DNA of 64,000 nt, taken from NCBI GenBank assembly GCA_026770705.1, contig JANJGN010000034.1, positions 15,686,001-15,750,000 of the forward strand. Reading direction: 5' to 3'. Source of the DNA: Isurus oxyrinchus (lineage: Eukaryota). Numbering within the stretch: position 1 is the stretch's first letter; each line of letters opens with the position of its first letter. Under the pieces are notes generated by a model, which was given only the letters and a program-made list of their open reading frames with translations, was not told the DNA's origin and searched no databases. The translations under genes and the position numbers were made by a program. Below are positions 40,428-52,919 of this stretch, in pieces.

Positions 40428-41611
40428 TTTCACTCCAACCTGATCCTCATCATTGCTCCGGTCACTTTCCAGCCTTTTTGGATAATCACACACTGTCTCC
40501 AGTAACAGACCCTCATTCCCAGCCCATGGTCCGGTCTGAACCCTGGGCTCTCCCTCCCTCCCTCCACCCGGGACACGGGCTCCAGTCCTCAGTCTGAGCC
40601 CAGCAGCCAGGGGTGAAAACTGTCCAATAATCCCAGTCAGAGAGGATGACGTGTCCCCGAGTCCATCCAACCAGGAGCCGGAGAATAAAGAGCTGAATCC
40701 CGGTGAAGATAAAGGAAAGTTTCCCCCCCCCCCACCCCCCACCCCGGATCCCCCTCCCTCCGCCCGGGTGTGAGACACTGACAGGACCTGCAGCTCCTTT
40801 CCATCCATTCCCCGAGAGAGGGATCCGCTCAGAGCCGGGGACAGGGGGACCACAGGAGAGGGCGAAACGGGTTAGAAACACAATCCAGAATTAAAAATAA
40901 CCGGATGGTATTGAAATCAGTAAAACATCAAAATCAACACAACATTAAATCTCAGTTACAACCGCAACATGGAACTAAATATGAAACTGACTCAACCTGA
41001 ACATAAAACTGACTCAACCTGAACATAAAACTGACTGAACTGGAAACATAAAACTCAGCAACAAAAAACAACTTCAAGGTTGAGATATCTGCAAACAGAC
41101 AACACACATGACAGGACTCTGGCTTGAGAGGGGGGGTGGGTGGGGTGGATCATTCCCGGTCTCTCCTCCCTCTCCCCCCCGGGGCTGAGGTGAACAGTTT
41201 CCCTGGAGGCAAATGTCGGATTATTAATTCACTCCAATCGCCAGAGGGGAAAAGCAACTTTTAACCCGGCTTTTCCTGACAGAGGCTGGGACATTATTCC
41301 ACACCCCACCCCCCAAGCTCACTGACAATGGGTCAGTCCGGCCCCGCCCCCAACTCACCGACAATGGGTCAGTCCGGCCCCGCCCCCAACTCACTGACAA
41401 TGGGTCAGTCCCCCACCCCACCCCCTCCACAACCCCCCTGGTAAAGATCGAATCTTGTCCCTAAAGGGTTAAAGGTCATTTCTGGGACAGAGACTGGTTA
41501 ACGCCTTCCAGGGTTAATGGGGTTTTCACCTCCAGCCCCACCATCCGGCGATGATCCTTTATTTAATAGTTTTCATTTCTTAACTTATTAACATTTTAAA
41601 TTGACTCAGTG

Positions 41612-42326
41612 ATAATAAACCCAGGGTCTGGTTCCTGTATTAAAGGGGTTCAGTCAGATAAACCCAGAGACTGGTTCCTGTATTAAAGGGGTTCAGTCAG
41701 ATAAACCCAGAGTCTGGTTCCTGTATTAAAGGGGTTCAGTCAGATAAACCCAGAGTCTGGTTCCTGTATTAAAGGGGTTCAGTCAGATAAACCCAGTGTC
41801 TGGTTCCTGTATTAAAGCGGTTCAGTCAGATAAACCCAGAGTCTGGTTCCTGTATTAAAGGGATTCAGTCAGATAAACCCACTGTCTGGTTCCTGTATTA
41901 AAGGGGTTCAGTCAGATAAACCCAGTGTCTGGTTCCTGTATTAAAGGGGTTCAGTCAGATAAACCCACTGTCTGGTTCCTGTATTAAAGGGGTTCAGTCA
42001 GATAAACCCAGAGTCTGGTTCCTGTATTAAATGGGTTCAGTCAGATAAACCCAGAGTCTGGTTCCTGTATTAAAGGGGTTCAGTCAGATAAACCCAGAGT
42101 CTGGTTCCTGTATTAAAGGGGTTCAGTCAGATAAACCCAGTGTCTGGTTCCTGTATTAAAGCGGTTCAGTCAGATAAACCCAGAGTCTGGTTCCTGTATT
42201 AAAGGGATTCAGTCAGATAAACCCACTGTCTGGTTCCTGTATTAAAGGGGTTCAGTCAGATAAACCCACTGTCTGGTTCCTGTATTAAAGGAGTTCAGTC
42301 AGATAAACCCAGAGTCTGGTTCCTGC
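41612..42326 (+). repeat. 43-bp tandem repeat, about 16 units (CAGATAAACCCAGAGTCTGGTTCCTGTATTAAAGGGGTTCAGT)
   Basis: Period of 43 read directly (41655 to 41698). Confidence 0.95.
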
Positions 42327-42664
42327 AGTGGCCGATTTAGATCTGAAGGGGTCCTGTGCGCAGCTTCATTTTCGGGTCCCCCAGTTGTTTGGTGGCTGAA
42401 TGTGCTCTTTATATTGGGGTTAAAATGCGCACATGTTCGTACAACGAACGCTCATTTAACATTAATGCTGACTTTCCCAACGGTTGGCTCCGATCTCTTG
42501 TGGTTATTGATTTTACTTTACTAACTGTATCTGTGATTTTTCTCAGATGTCACTCTGCAAAGTTTTCAATAAAACTGAACACGCTGCAAAACGAAAGATT
42601 GGACTCTTTAAATGTACCTTGCGTCAAATATATTTACTAAATAAACTCAATACAAACACAGAGA

Positions 42665-45600
42665 TAAAAACAAAAAAACTGCGGATGCTGGAAATCCAAA
42701 ACAAAAACAGAATTACCTGGAAAAACTCAGCAGGTCTGGCAGCATCGGCGGAGAAGAAAAGAGTTGATGTTTCGAGTCCTCATGACCCTTCAACAGAACT
42801 TGATTTCGAGTCCAAGAAAAAGTTGAAATATAAGCTGGTTTAAGGTGTGTGTGGGGGGGGGGGGGGGCGGAGATATAGAGAGAGAGAGGTGGGGGGGGTG
42901 TGGTTGTAGGGACAAACAAGCAGTGATAGAAGCAGATCATCAAAAGATGTCAACGGCAATGGTACAATAGAACACATAGGTGTTAAAGTTAAAGTTGGTG
43001 ATATTATCTAAACGAATGTGCTAATTAAGAATGGATGGTAGGGCACTCAAGCTATAGCTCTAGTGGGGGTGTTTTTTTATATAATGGAAATAGATGGGAA
43101 AAGGAAAATCTTTATAATTTATTGGAAAAAAAAGGAAGGGGGAAACAGAAAGGGGGTGGGGATGGGGGAGGGAACTCACGACCTAAAGTTGTTGAATTCA
43201 ATATTCAGTCCGGAAGGCTGTAAGGTGCCTAGTCGGAAGATGAGGTCTTGTTCCTCCAGTTTGCGTTGGGCTTCACTGGAACAATGCAGCAAGCCAAGGA
43301 CAGACATGTGGGCAAGAGAGCAGGGTGGAGTGTTAAAATGGCAAGCGACAGGGAGGTTTGGGTCATTCTTGCGGACAGACCGGAGCAACGAATGCAGTAG
43401 ACTAAGTTGGGGGAAATGCAAGTGAAATGCTGCTTCACTTGAAAGGAGTGTTTGGGCCCTTGGACGGTGAGGAGAGAGGAAGTGAAGGGGCAGATGTTAC
43501 ATCTTTTGCGTGGGCATGGGGTGGTGCCATAGGAGGGGGTTGAGGAGTAGGGGGTGATGGAGGAGTGGACCAGGGTGTCCCGGAGGGAGCGATCCCTATG
43601 GAATGCCGATAAGGGGGGTGAAGGGAAGATGTGTTTGGTGGTGGCATCATGCTGGAGTTGGCGGAAATGGCGGAGGATGATCCTTGAATGCGGAGGCTGG
43701 TGGGGTGATAAGTGAGGACAAGGGGGACCCTATCATGTTTCTGGGAGGGAGGAGAAGGCGTGAGGGCGGATGCGCGGGAGATGGGCCGGACACGGTTGAG
43801 GGCCCTGTCAACGACCGTCGGTGGAAAACCTCGGTTAAGGAAGAAGGAGGACATGTCAGAGGAACCGTTTTTGAAGGTAGCATCATCGGAACAGATGCGA
43901 CGAAGGCGAAGGAACTGGGAGAATGGGATGGAGTCCTTACAGGAAACGGGGTGTGAGGAGCTGTAGTCGAGGTAGCTGTGGGAGTCGGTGGGTTTGTAAT
44001 GGATATTGGTGGACAGTCTATCACCAGAGATTGAGACAGAGAGGTCAAGGAAGGGAAGGGAAGTGTCAGAGATGGACCACGTGAAAATGATGGAGGGGTG
44101 GAGATTGGAAGCAAAATTAATAAATTTTTCCAAGTCCCGACGAGAGCATGAAGCGGCACCGAAGTAATCATGGATGTACCGGAGAAAAAGTTGTGGAAGG
44201 GGGCCGGAGTAGGACTGCAACAAGGAATGTTCCACATACCCCATAAAGAGACAGGCATAGCTGGGGCCCATGCGGGTACCCATAGCCACACCTTTTATTT
44301 GGAGGAAGTGAGAGGAGTTGAAGGAGAAATTGTTCAGCGTGAGAACAAGTTCAGCCAGACGGTAGTAGTGGATGGGGATTGTTCGGGCCTCTGTTCGAGG
44401 AAGAAGCTAAGGGCCCTCAGACCATCCTGGTGGGGGATGGAGGTGTAGAGGGATTGGACGTCCATGGTGAAGAGGAAGCGGTTGGGGCCAGGGAACTGGA
44501 AATTGTTGATGTGACGTAAGGTGTCAGAGGAATCACGGATGTAGGTGGGAAGGGACTGGACAAGGGGAGAGAGAAGGGAGTCAAGATAACGAGAAATGAG
44601 TTCTGTGGGGCAGGAACAAGCTGATACGATCGGCCTACCGGGGCAGTTCTGTTTGTGGATTTTGGGTAGGAGATAGAAGCGGGCCGTCCGAGGTTGGGCG
44701 ACTATCAGGTTGGAAGTTGTGGGAGGGAGATCCCCAGAGGAGATGAGGTCAGTGACAGTCCTGGAAACAATGGCTTGATGTTCAGTGGTGGGGTCATGGT
44801 CCAGGGAGAGGTAGGAGGAAGTGTCTGCGAGTTGACGCTCAGCCTCCGCGAGGTAGAGGTCAGTGCGCCAGACAACAACAGCACCACCCTTGTCAGCGGG
44901 TTTGATGACAATGTCAGGGTTGGACCTGAGAGAATGGAGTGCAGTAAGTTCAGAGAGAGACAGGTTAGAATGGGTGAGGAGCAGAGAAATTGAGACGACT
45001 AATGTCGCGCCGACAGTTCTCAATGAAAAGATCGAGAGAAGGTAAGAATCCAGAGGGAGGGGTCCAGGTGGAGGGAGAATATTGGAGGTGGGTAAAAGGA
45101 TCCGTTGAACTGGGAGAGGACTCCTGCCCAAAGAAGTGAGCCCGGAGACGAAGACGGCGGAAGAAGAGTTCAGTATCATGCCGAGCCCGAAATTCATTGA
45201 GGTGAGGGCGTAAGGGTATGAAACTAAGTCCTTTGCTGAGCACTGAACGTTCAGCATCGGAGAGGGGAAGGTCAGGGGGTATAGTGAATACACGGCTGGG
45301 GCTGGGATTGGAAGATGGGGTGGGGACGGAGGGACAGGCTGGGGTGGAGGGTCCTAGATGGGTGTTGGTGTTGATGAGTTATTGGAGCTTGTGTTCCTTA
45401 GCACTTGAGAGAAAGAGAAAAAGTTTCTTGTTGAGGCGTCGGATGAGCCGAAGGATAAAATGAAACTGGGGGCACGCGCAGCTTTGAAAAAGGGTACGGC
45501 GGTGCTGCTGGAGGGAGAGGTCGAGTGTGTTCATATGGCAGCGCATGGCACTGAGTGTGGATTTCAGAATGTGACGGGAACAGCAGTCCGAGAAATGTTT

Positions 45601-45760
45601 TATGTCCCGGAGATACTGGTAATCCTGGGTGGGTTCGAAACATGAGGGGTGGAATTTCAGTTGAAATCCACGTGGGGTAAGTCGGAGACGGAGACAGTCA
45701 CTGAGAAAGGAGATATGGCTGTGAAAGCGGGTTTTAGTAAACACCTTGTCAAACACCAAT
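42665..45760 (-). mobile_element. Near full-length Penelope-like element with frameshifts
   Basis: N-terminal region, IKPADKGG, YLLPKIHK, RPIVS, MDVQSLYTSIP, AMGTRMGP, YIHD (mutated YIDD), partly deleted GIY-YIG and 3' repeat. Confidence 0.92.
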
Positions 45761-46204
45761 ACAAACACGTTGGTTTTAGAATACAAATTGCAGTCACATT
45801 AAAATAAATCATTTTAAGTTCCAGGAAAACAGAGGTACCCACAGCAATGTTGTATTTTGTACCATCTTTCCCTGTCGTTTTTGATTGACCTGTTCTCTGA
45901 CTGAATCCCTGATAATTGCCCCTCCGCTTGTGTAGTAGCGTCCGTCCGCCAGCAGAGGGTGGGGTTGTATCACTTTAATCACAAGATCGAGACGCAGGTT
46001 TGAGGGAGACACTTTGTCCCTTTTTAAATTCATTCACCCAGAGACAAATGATCTCTCCCTGCAGCAGCCACCTGCTTCTGAAATGACTTTATATATCGCA
46101 AAATCGAATCAGTTCCTCAAATCATTTTCCCCTGCAATTATCCTTCCCTCTTTAATAATTTATTTAAAATTTCCTTTTGAAAGTTAATCTTGACAGCAGC
46201 TGCG

Positions 46205-46495
46205 GCAGGTGAACCTCACTGGCCTCCTGCAGCCTCATAAGCGCCTTTCACTGGAAGAGCAGCTCTGTCTTGAAGTCCTGACTGATCTCTCACACCAGCC
46301 ACCGGACGGGCAGTTTGCGGGTGAGCCGCTCGGTGCGATTGTGGCAGCGGCGGCTTTCCCGCAGAGTCCCAGTGCCGGCTCTGTCACCAGGAGGTTCCTT
46401 CACTCCGGCCCTGGCTGGAGAACGCTTTGGGCGGCTGTTTGCGGGGAGCTTTCCCTCCGCTGGATTTGCGAGCTGTCTGCTTAGTTCCGCTCAGT
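46205..46495 (-). pseudogene. H3: Histone H3 pseudogene, truncated at about residue 100
   Basis: TKQTARKSSGGKAPRKQ ... RKLPVRWLV*EISQDFKTELLFQ*KALMRLQEASE, with stops and indels. Confidence 0.9.
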
Positions 46496-46814
46496 ATGTT
46501 AAACGGTCTGGAACACAAACCCTGTTAATGTAGAGGCTGCTTGGGGGCTGCCTGTTGAAAATAGTGAAGAGTCCGCCCAAGAGCTGGGACTCGATTCAGC
46601 CCCGTCCCTCAATCCACTTCGCTTTGCTCCGAGATTGCCCCAGTGCTTTAGCCCCTCTCCCTGTGCCAGACATGATGATTCCTCACTCTAATCACTGCTG
46701 AATGAGAGATGAGCTGCTTCCTGTGGCTGTTTTATACAGCCCAGCCTGAGCTGACTGAGAAAGGGACAGAGAGTAAAACTGAGTGACAGACAGACAGAGA
46801 AATGTCTTTGATCA

Positions 46815-47390
46815 CAAAACAAAAACAGAAGTACCTGTAAAATCTCAGCAGGTCTGGCAGCATCGGCGGAGAGGAACAAAGTTGACGTTTCGAGTCCTCA
46901 TGACCCTTCAACAGAACTAAGTAAAAATAGGAGAGGGGTGAAATATAAGCTGGTTTAAGGTGGGGAGAGAAGTTGGCGGGGGGTGGTTGTTGAAGATGGA
47001 AGCAGTGATAGGAGCAGATAATCAAAATATGTCACAGACAAAAGAGCAAAGAGGTGTTGAAGGTGGTGAGATTATCTAAAAGAATGTGCTAAGGAAGAAT
47101 GGATGGCGGGACACGCAAGGTACAGATAGCTCTAGTGGGTTGGGGTGAAATAAGACTAAAAGGCCATAAAATGTTTATTTAAAAATAATGGAAATAGGTG
47201 GGAAAATAAAAATCTATATAAATTAATGGAAAAAACAAAAGGAAGGGGGAAGAGACAGAAAGGGGGTGGGGGTGGGGATGGGGGAGGGAGCTCACGACCT
47301 AAAGTTGTTGAACTCAACATTCAGTCCGGAAGGCTGTAAAGTGCCTAGTCGGAAGATGAGATGCTGTTCCTCCAGTTTGTGTTGAGCTTC
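46815..47390 (-). mobile_element. Penelope-like 3' fragment with hammerhead motif
   Basis: Matches the PLE ORF end and terminal repeat. Confidence 0.85.
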
Positions 47391-48093
47391 TTTGATCATC
47401 CAGCTCCGCCTCCTGCTTGCTCCAACCCACATCTCTTAATAAAAATCTCCACTATAGAATTGAACATAGGCCTGGACACGAAACTGACAGACCGGAATTT
47501 AATATTCAGACATACTAGACAGGCGGACCTTTTAAATCCAGGCCTGTTACAAAAATGAAAAGTCAGGAATATTCCCGCCTAAATCCAGTCCTTTCTATAA
47601 CAACTCAAACCGTCTGTTTCCATTTCAATCCCAGTTTTTATTCCATTCCCACACACCTGTCCTCCCGGACAGATTGAACAGTCTATTAACACTCACTCTG
47701 TCTCCAGCTGATCGAGACTAAGTCATGTGTTAGGGTTTGAGTTGTGATGGGGAGGGGCGGGGTTTCTCTCTCAGGGTGACTGTCTCTCACACACACTCAC
47801 CCTGAATCTGTGAAATGGAAACCAGCTGAAACTGATTGAAACTGAGTGAACCCCAAGTTAGAATGGGGCATGGACATCCCCCTGTTTTATTGGAGAGACT
47901 GACGGGGGTGGCGAAGGGTCTGGGTGTACAACACATCACCGAGTGACCGGCAATCCTGCATCTACTCAAATTCATTTCTATCTGAAATCTGCTCCCAGTC
48001 CCAGGACAGGGATCATTGGATACGGGGATCAGCTCATTCATGAGAGACCTGGGTGACTCTGGGTTCAGCTCTTTACAATCTGCACGGCCTCTT

Positions 48094-48515
48094 TCACTTC
48101 CTTCCGGACACTGCTTTCTTAGTCTTTGTTCCTTTCACTTTGAGCTGGGCCTTCGATTTATTCACTTTTTTTAAAGCCTTTCCACCCGTGACCATCTTCA
48201 CAGGAGATTTTCCCCGAAGCGCTGCTTTCTTCACTGACTTGTTTGGTCTTGTTGCTTTCTGGCTGATCATTTCGTTCTATTTATTCGGTTTATTGACTGG
48301 AAATGTCTTGTCTGTCGCTTTATTGACTGGAGATTTCTTGTCTGTCGCTTTATTGACTGGAGATTTCTTGTCTGTCGCTTTATTGACTGGAGATTTCTTG
48401 TCTGTCGCTTTATTGACTGGAGATTTCTTGTCTGTCGCTTTATTGACTGGAGATTTCTTGTCTGTCGCTTTATTGACTGGAGATTTCTTGTCTACGGTGT
48501 TTTTGTTGCCACCTT
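48094..48515 (-). pseudogene. H1: Histone H1 C-terminal tail relic with a 30-bp tandem repeat
   Basis: About 7 copies of KKSPVNKATD, then KSVKKAALRGKSPVK...KKAVSGRK*; an internal stop; degraded stem-loop and HDE-like GAATGAGCTG downstream. Globular domain is absent. Confidence 0.7.
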
Positions 48516-48885
48516 GGTTGCAAAGTATTTACTTAATATCTCAATCATGGCTTCTGCATCCATGTTCATATCCACTTTCTTGTCCCTCATTGCACCGACT
48601 CCCGCTGTAACCACCTTTTTTACTGTCTATTTCCCATTGAAGACTTTGCGATTCCCTTTTACGTCAGCTGCCGGTCTCTTTTCATACTCCCTCTTTGCTT
48701 CTGTTAATTCCTCTTCCACCTCCCTGGAGACCCTGTTATACTCAGCCTGGTTCTTGATTGCATTTTCTACCCCACACCTGTCAAAAGCAAAGATTTCTCT
48801 TCTGATCTGAATTTCTATCTTTTTTCATCCAGGGAACTCTGGATTTAGTTTGCCCAATATTTCCCTTTTGAGGGAATAACATCCG
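48516..48885 (-). mobile_element. CR1 LINE ORF2 fragment
   Basis: Resembles the CR1 linker region (RLAADVKGNRKVF). Confidence 0.55.
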
Positions 48886-48888
48886 GCC

Positions 48889-48968
48889 AGATCAACCCAG
48901 AGTCTGGTTCCTGTATTAAAGGGGTTCAGTCAGATAAACCCAGAGTCTGGTTCCTGTATTAAAGGGTT
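48889..48968 (+). repeat. 43-bp satellite, about 2 units
   Basis: Same unit as 41612-42326. Confidence 0.9.
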
Positions 48969-48979
48969 TCTTTCTTTTT

Positions 48980-49143
48980 CAGGGAGAGCACGAACGGATT
49001 CCCCCACTACCACAAATTTTGCAGTCGAGTATCCCGCATTTGGGGACATCGCAGGCGTCCGCACACCCGAAGTGCAATAGGCTGGTCGCGTCCTGCCAGA
49101 AACAGCTTCATGATCATGGTCTCTCCACTGCCATGGAGTCAGT
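48980..49143 (-). ncRNA. RNU1: Full-length divergent U1 snRNA (variant or pseudogene)
   Basis: Colinear with U1: GATCATGAAG (70K loop), ATTGCAC (U1A loop), Sm site AATTTGTG, GTAGTGGGGG, end CCCTG. The 5' end no longer reads ATACTTACCTG. Confidence 0.85.
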
Positions 49144-49199
49144 CACTTGATGCCGCTGCTGAGCACCAGCGCCACCAGGTGAACAAAGGCCAGTATTGC

Positions 49200-50020
49200 A
49201 GGGAGATTATTGAGCTTTGATGACAAGACTTGCATTGATATAGCAGCTTTCATGGACACAAGATCTCCCAAAGTGATTTATAATCAACAACATACTTTAC
49301 TACTTACAATAAAATAATATACAAACTGGGAAGTGAATTCTTTTTGAACCATGGTAATGCATGAAATGCGGTAGTGAATTTGTGCACAGCAAGCTCCCAC
49401 AAATGCTGTGTCGGGACAAAAGCAGATCACCTGTTTTTAATGATGTGGGTTCAGGGATAAATATTGGGCCCAGGTCATCGGGAAAACTCCCCCCGATTAA
49501 CTTCCAAATAGTGACCATGGGATTTTTCTCATTTCTCTGAGAGAGCAGACAGGCTTCGGTTTAATGTTTCATCCGAACAACAGCATATCCAACAGTGCAG
49601 CTCTCCCGGGATGTGGACCCTCCGACAGTGCAGCACTCACTCAGTACTGACCCTGCGACAGTGCAGCGCTCCCTCGGTACTGACCCTGCGACAGTGCAGC
49701 GCTCCCTCGGTACTGACGCTCGGACAGTGCAGCACTCCCTCAGTGCTGACCATCCGACAGTGCAGCACTCCTTCAGTACTGACCCTCTGACAGTGCAGGG
49801 CTCCCTCAGTACTGACCCTCCGACAATGCAGCACTCCCTCAGTACTGACGCTTCAACAGAGCAGAACTCCCTCAGTACTGTCCCTCCGACAGTGAAGTAC
49901 TCCCTTTAGTGAAACCCCGAAAGTTCAGCACCCCCTCAGTATTGCACTGGGAATGTTAGACTGGATATGGGGCTCATGTCTCTGGAATGGGATTCAGAAG
50001 TGAAAGTGTTCCCCACTCAG
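49200..50020 (-). mobile_element. DeuSINE-like SINE with an internal 33-bp minisatellite (about 10 units, 49595-49945)
   Basis: Unit GACAGTGCAGCACTCCCTCAGTACTGACCCTCC; GGGAGCTTGCTGTGCACAAATT on minus. Confidence 0.7.
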
Positions 50021-51149
50021 TCAATGTTGGATTTTAATACAGACACTCAGCATTGAATCAATGCTGTCCTGAATTGGATCCCAGGAGATGTGAAAACCAA
50101 CCGGTATTTTCAAGGCTGAGAGATTTTGACTCGAAGGGAATTCCAGGATGTGATGATCAGGTGGAAAGTGGAGTTGATGTACAAGATCAGGCATGATCTT
50201 AATGAGGGGGGGAAAGGGTGTTGAGGGGCTGAATGGCCTCCTCCTGCTCCTATTTCTGATGTGTCTGAAATGGATGTTCCCAGTGTGGGATGCACAGCCC
50301 CGCCTTTTCCCCTGTACCATACAGTGTGTAAGGGACCCGGTGGTGTGAGAGACTGAAACCTCCCCAAACTTCCCCGCACCCCTTTGGTTCAGTGGGTAGC
50401 TCTGAGTCTGAAGGTCGTGAGTTCACAGAGCTGCTCCAGAGAGTGGAGCATGAAATTCAGGCCGACACCAGCTTCACTGCGATGCCAGATTAAACCTCCC
50501 CACATCTCTCTTCCCTTCTTTGAGAATCTGCCTAAAACTTTGAATATGTTTTTTCCCCTAATATCCCCTCACGTGGATCTGACTAAAGGACCATCTGGAC
50601 CCCAGAGGGAAAAGATGCCTCAGCCAGAGCAGCAGCTAATATTGATCTCAGTGCTCAGAGTGAGAGAGGGGAATGACTTGTTGACATTCCTGTCCTGGTC
50701 CCTGTCTGGAAACTCCTGCTGGACATCAGGATCAGGCTTCGATGCAATGTTAGATAAACTGCTGAATCTAAAGGATTTGTCTAACAAGGCTCTGCTCTCA
50801 GCAGCGAGTCTTCCTACACAGTGAATGTAGTCACAGAGAAAGGGCTACAACACAGCTGGTCAAATGTTCCAACCCTCACTTACCCTGAGTGAGGATCCAC
50901 ATTGAGGATTAAACCTTGTGAAATTAAATCCCCTCTGTCAAAACTCTGACAGATGAAGGATGGATGTTAATGTGGGGCTAACAGAGGGTGACAGGTATCC
51001 ACATGTCACCATGACTCAGTGGGTAACACACTCACTCAGAGTCTGAAGGCTGTGGGTTTAAACCCCACTCCAGACTGGTGGGGTGGAAGGTGAGGACAAG
51101 GGGACTACTGACATGGTGTTCAGTGGGCAATGGGGGTAGGGTGGGAGGG

Positions 51150-51680
51150 GTCAGAGGGGTGAGAGAATAAGTGCAGGAATTGGGATGAGGGCCTCGTTAA
51201 CCACAGTGTCAGGGAATTGGATAAGGAAAAAGATCAGTTGTACGATCAGAACAGATGTTACCAAGCAGTAGAAACTTGTGAGAAGTATCGTCGAGGTAGC
51301 TGTGGGATTGGGTGGGATTCTAGTGAATATTCTTTGACAGGCCATCCCCAGAAATGGTGACAGAGAATTTGAGGAAAGCAAGAGTTGGAAATGGACTGTG
51401 TGAAAGTGAGGAAAGGGTGGAAAATGAAAGCAGAGTTGAAGAAATTTTCCAGTTCAGGCTGAGAGTCTAAAGCAGCACCAATTCAGTCATCGTCATCAAC
51501 GCAGCAGTAAAAGAGGTGGGGGATGGGGCCCAAGGAGGACTGGACCAAGGAAAGTTCCACATATCCTACTAAAAGGCCGGCAGAGCTAGTGTCCATGTGG
51601 GTGCTCATAGCTCACACCTTTGATGTAAAGTGAGTGAGTGGAGGTAAAGGTGAGAACAAGTTCAGCCAGGTGGAGAAGGA
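51150..51680 (-). mobile_element. Old, degenerate Penelope-like RT relic
   Basis: Diverged but colinear with 43760-44360 (for example GTGAGAACAAGTTCAGCCAG). Confidence 0.6.
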
Positions 51681-52919
51681 TGGAGGCAGGAGGAGAAACT
51701 GGCAGCCAAAGAGAATTTGTGTTTGTGGGGGCTGCAATGTAACTCCATTTATATTAAAAGAGAATTTTTCCTTAAAAGGTGTCTGCAATTCAGTTGTCTG
51801 GGCCCCAAGCTCTGGAAAACTGATCTCATTTTCATCCTCTGACCTAATATCTCCAGATGTGGTTTGGTATCAAATTCTCTTTTAGCATGTTCCTGTGAAG
51901 CACCTTGGGACATTTATAAAACACCTTTAACATTATAAAATATAACTTGTTCATGACGAGGTTCAACAAGTCTGGACTCCTGTCATTATTCAGTTGCTAT
52001 TGTGATGTGTGAACACTATTTCCATGTTCCTGTATTTTCTCTCCTTGTCTGTGTAAGAGTCTCCACCCCTGAAGTTGAATTGCTCTGCTTGTTCATGCCA
52101 AAACCACTTCCACCCCAGGAAAGGTGAAGGGAAATCACACACTCCCTCCCTCCCAATCCCTCTCTCCACGCCTTCCCTTCCCCAGCACCCCAATCACCAG
52201 AAAGGCTGACTTGATGATCATTCCTGTTCTCTGGAAGTTCCCACAATCACAGATACCAGTCTTCAGCCAATCTCATTCACATCTCACATCGGGAGACTTA
52301 CTGCCTGCAGACAGCATGACCTCTGTTCAGGCAGTGACTACCAGAGTCATTAAACATCAGACTGTAGATCCACTCATTTCAGCATCGGTCTATCTTTAAT
52401 TAGACCTTGGATCAAAAATGACATGTAGAAAAGTAAAAAATATACCAGACAGAAATGTATAGACACATTCAGAAAATATTTACATTAGAAATTTTATACA
52501 TCCTTTGTAAAATATGACCACTCACTGTTTGCCACAAAAAACTATATAAAAAAGACAAAATTAAAATATACCGAACATATCTACATAATTTCTGGCAAGA
52601 AACAGTTTCAATCCGTGAACCATCTACAATCTGAATTCAGGATATAAAACAGTTGCTGATAATAACGTCGTTGCTGGTTTTTACCGAGTGGATGCTGCTG
52701 CAGAGGGAGTTTCTGAAGCCTCTTCCCATATTTACCGCTATGGGAGCACAAATCACGACAAGACTGCAGTGGTTCAAGTAGAGATGGACAATAAATAGGA
52801 CCCTGGCAGCATCATCCACACCAAGTGAATAAACACGCCAGGAACTGCCAGATGTTCCCACTCACTCATCAGTAGGAAGTTACCATCTCACACAGGGAGT
52901 GATCAATGGGTTACACAGC

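Noticed and set aside
39440-40853. Long ORFs of 196-428 aa
   Set aside because: Artefacts of N gaps and CT low-complexity sequence.
41530-41544. Possible first exon MVGLE|gtgaaa for the left paralog
   Set aside because: The phase fits, but it has no similarity to MRQTSCFE, the donor is weak, and the true exon may lie in the gap.
41612-42326. CRISPR-like array
   Set aside because: Head-to-tail 43-bp units with no unique spacers, no cas genes and a eukaryotic context.
48053-48610. 185-aa hydrophobic plus-strand ORF with VALLTGDFLS repeats
   Set aside because: Antisense reading of the Lys-rich H1 tail relic.
49595-49909. ORF with 11-aa repeats (also 63343-63717)
   Set aside because: Translation of a 33-bp SINE-internal minisatellite.
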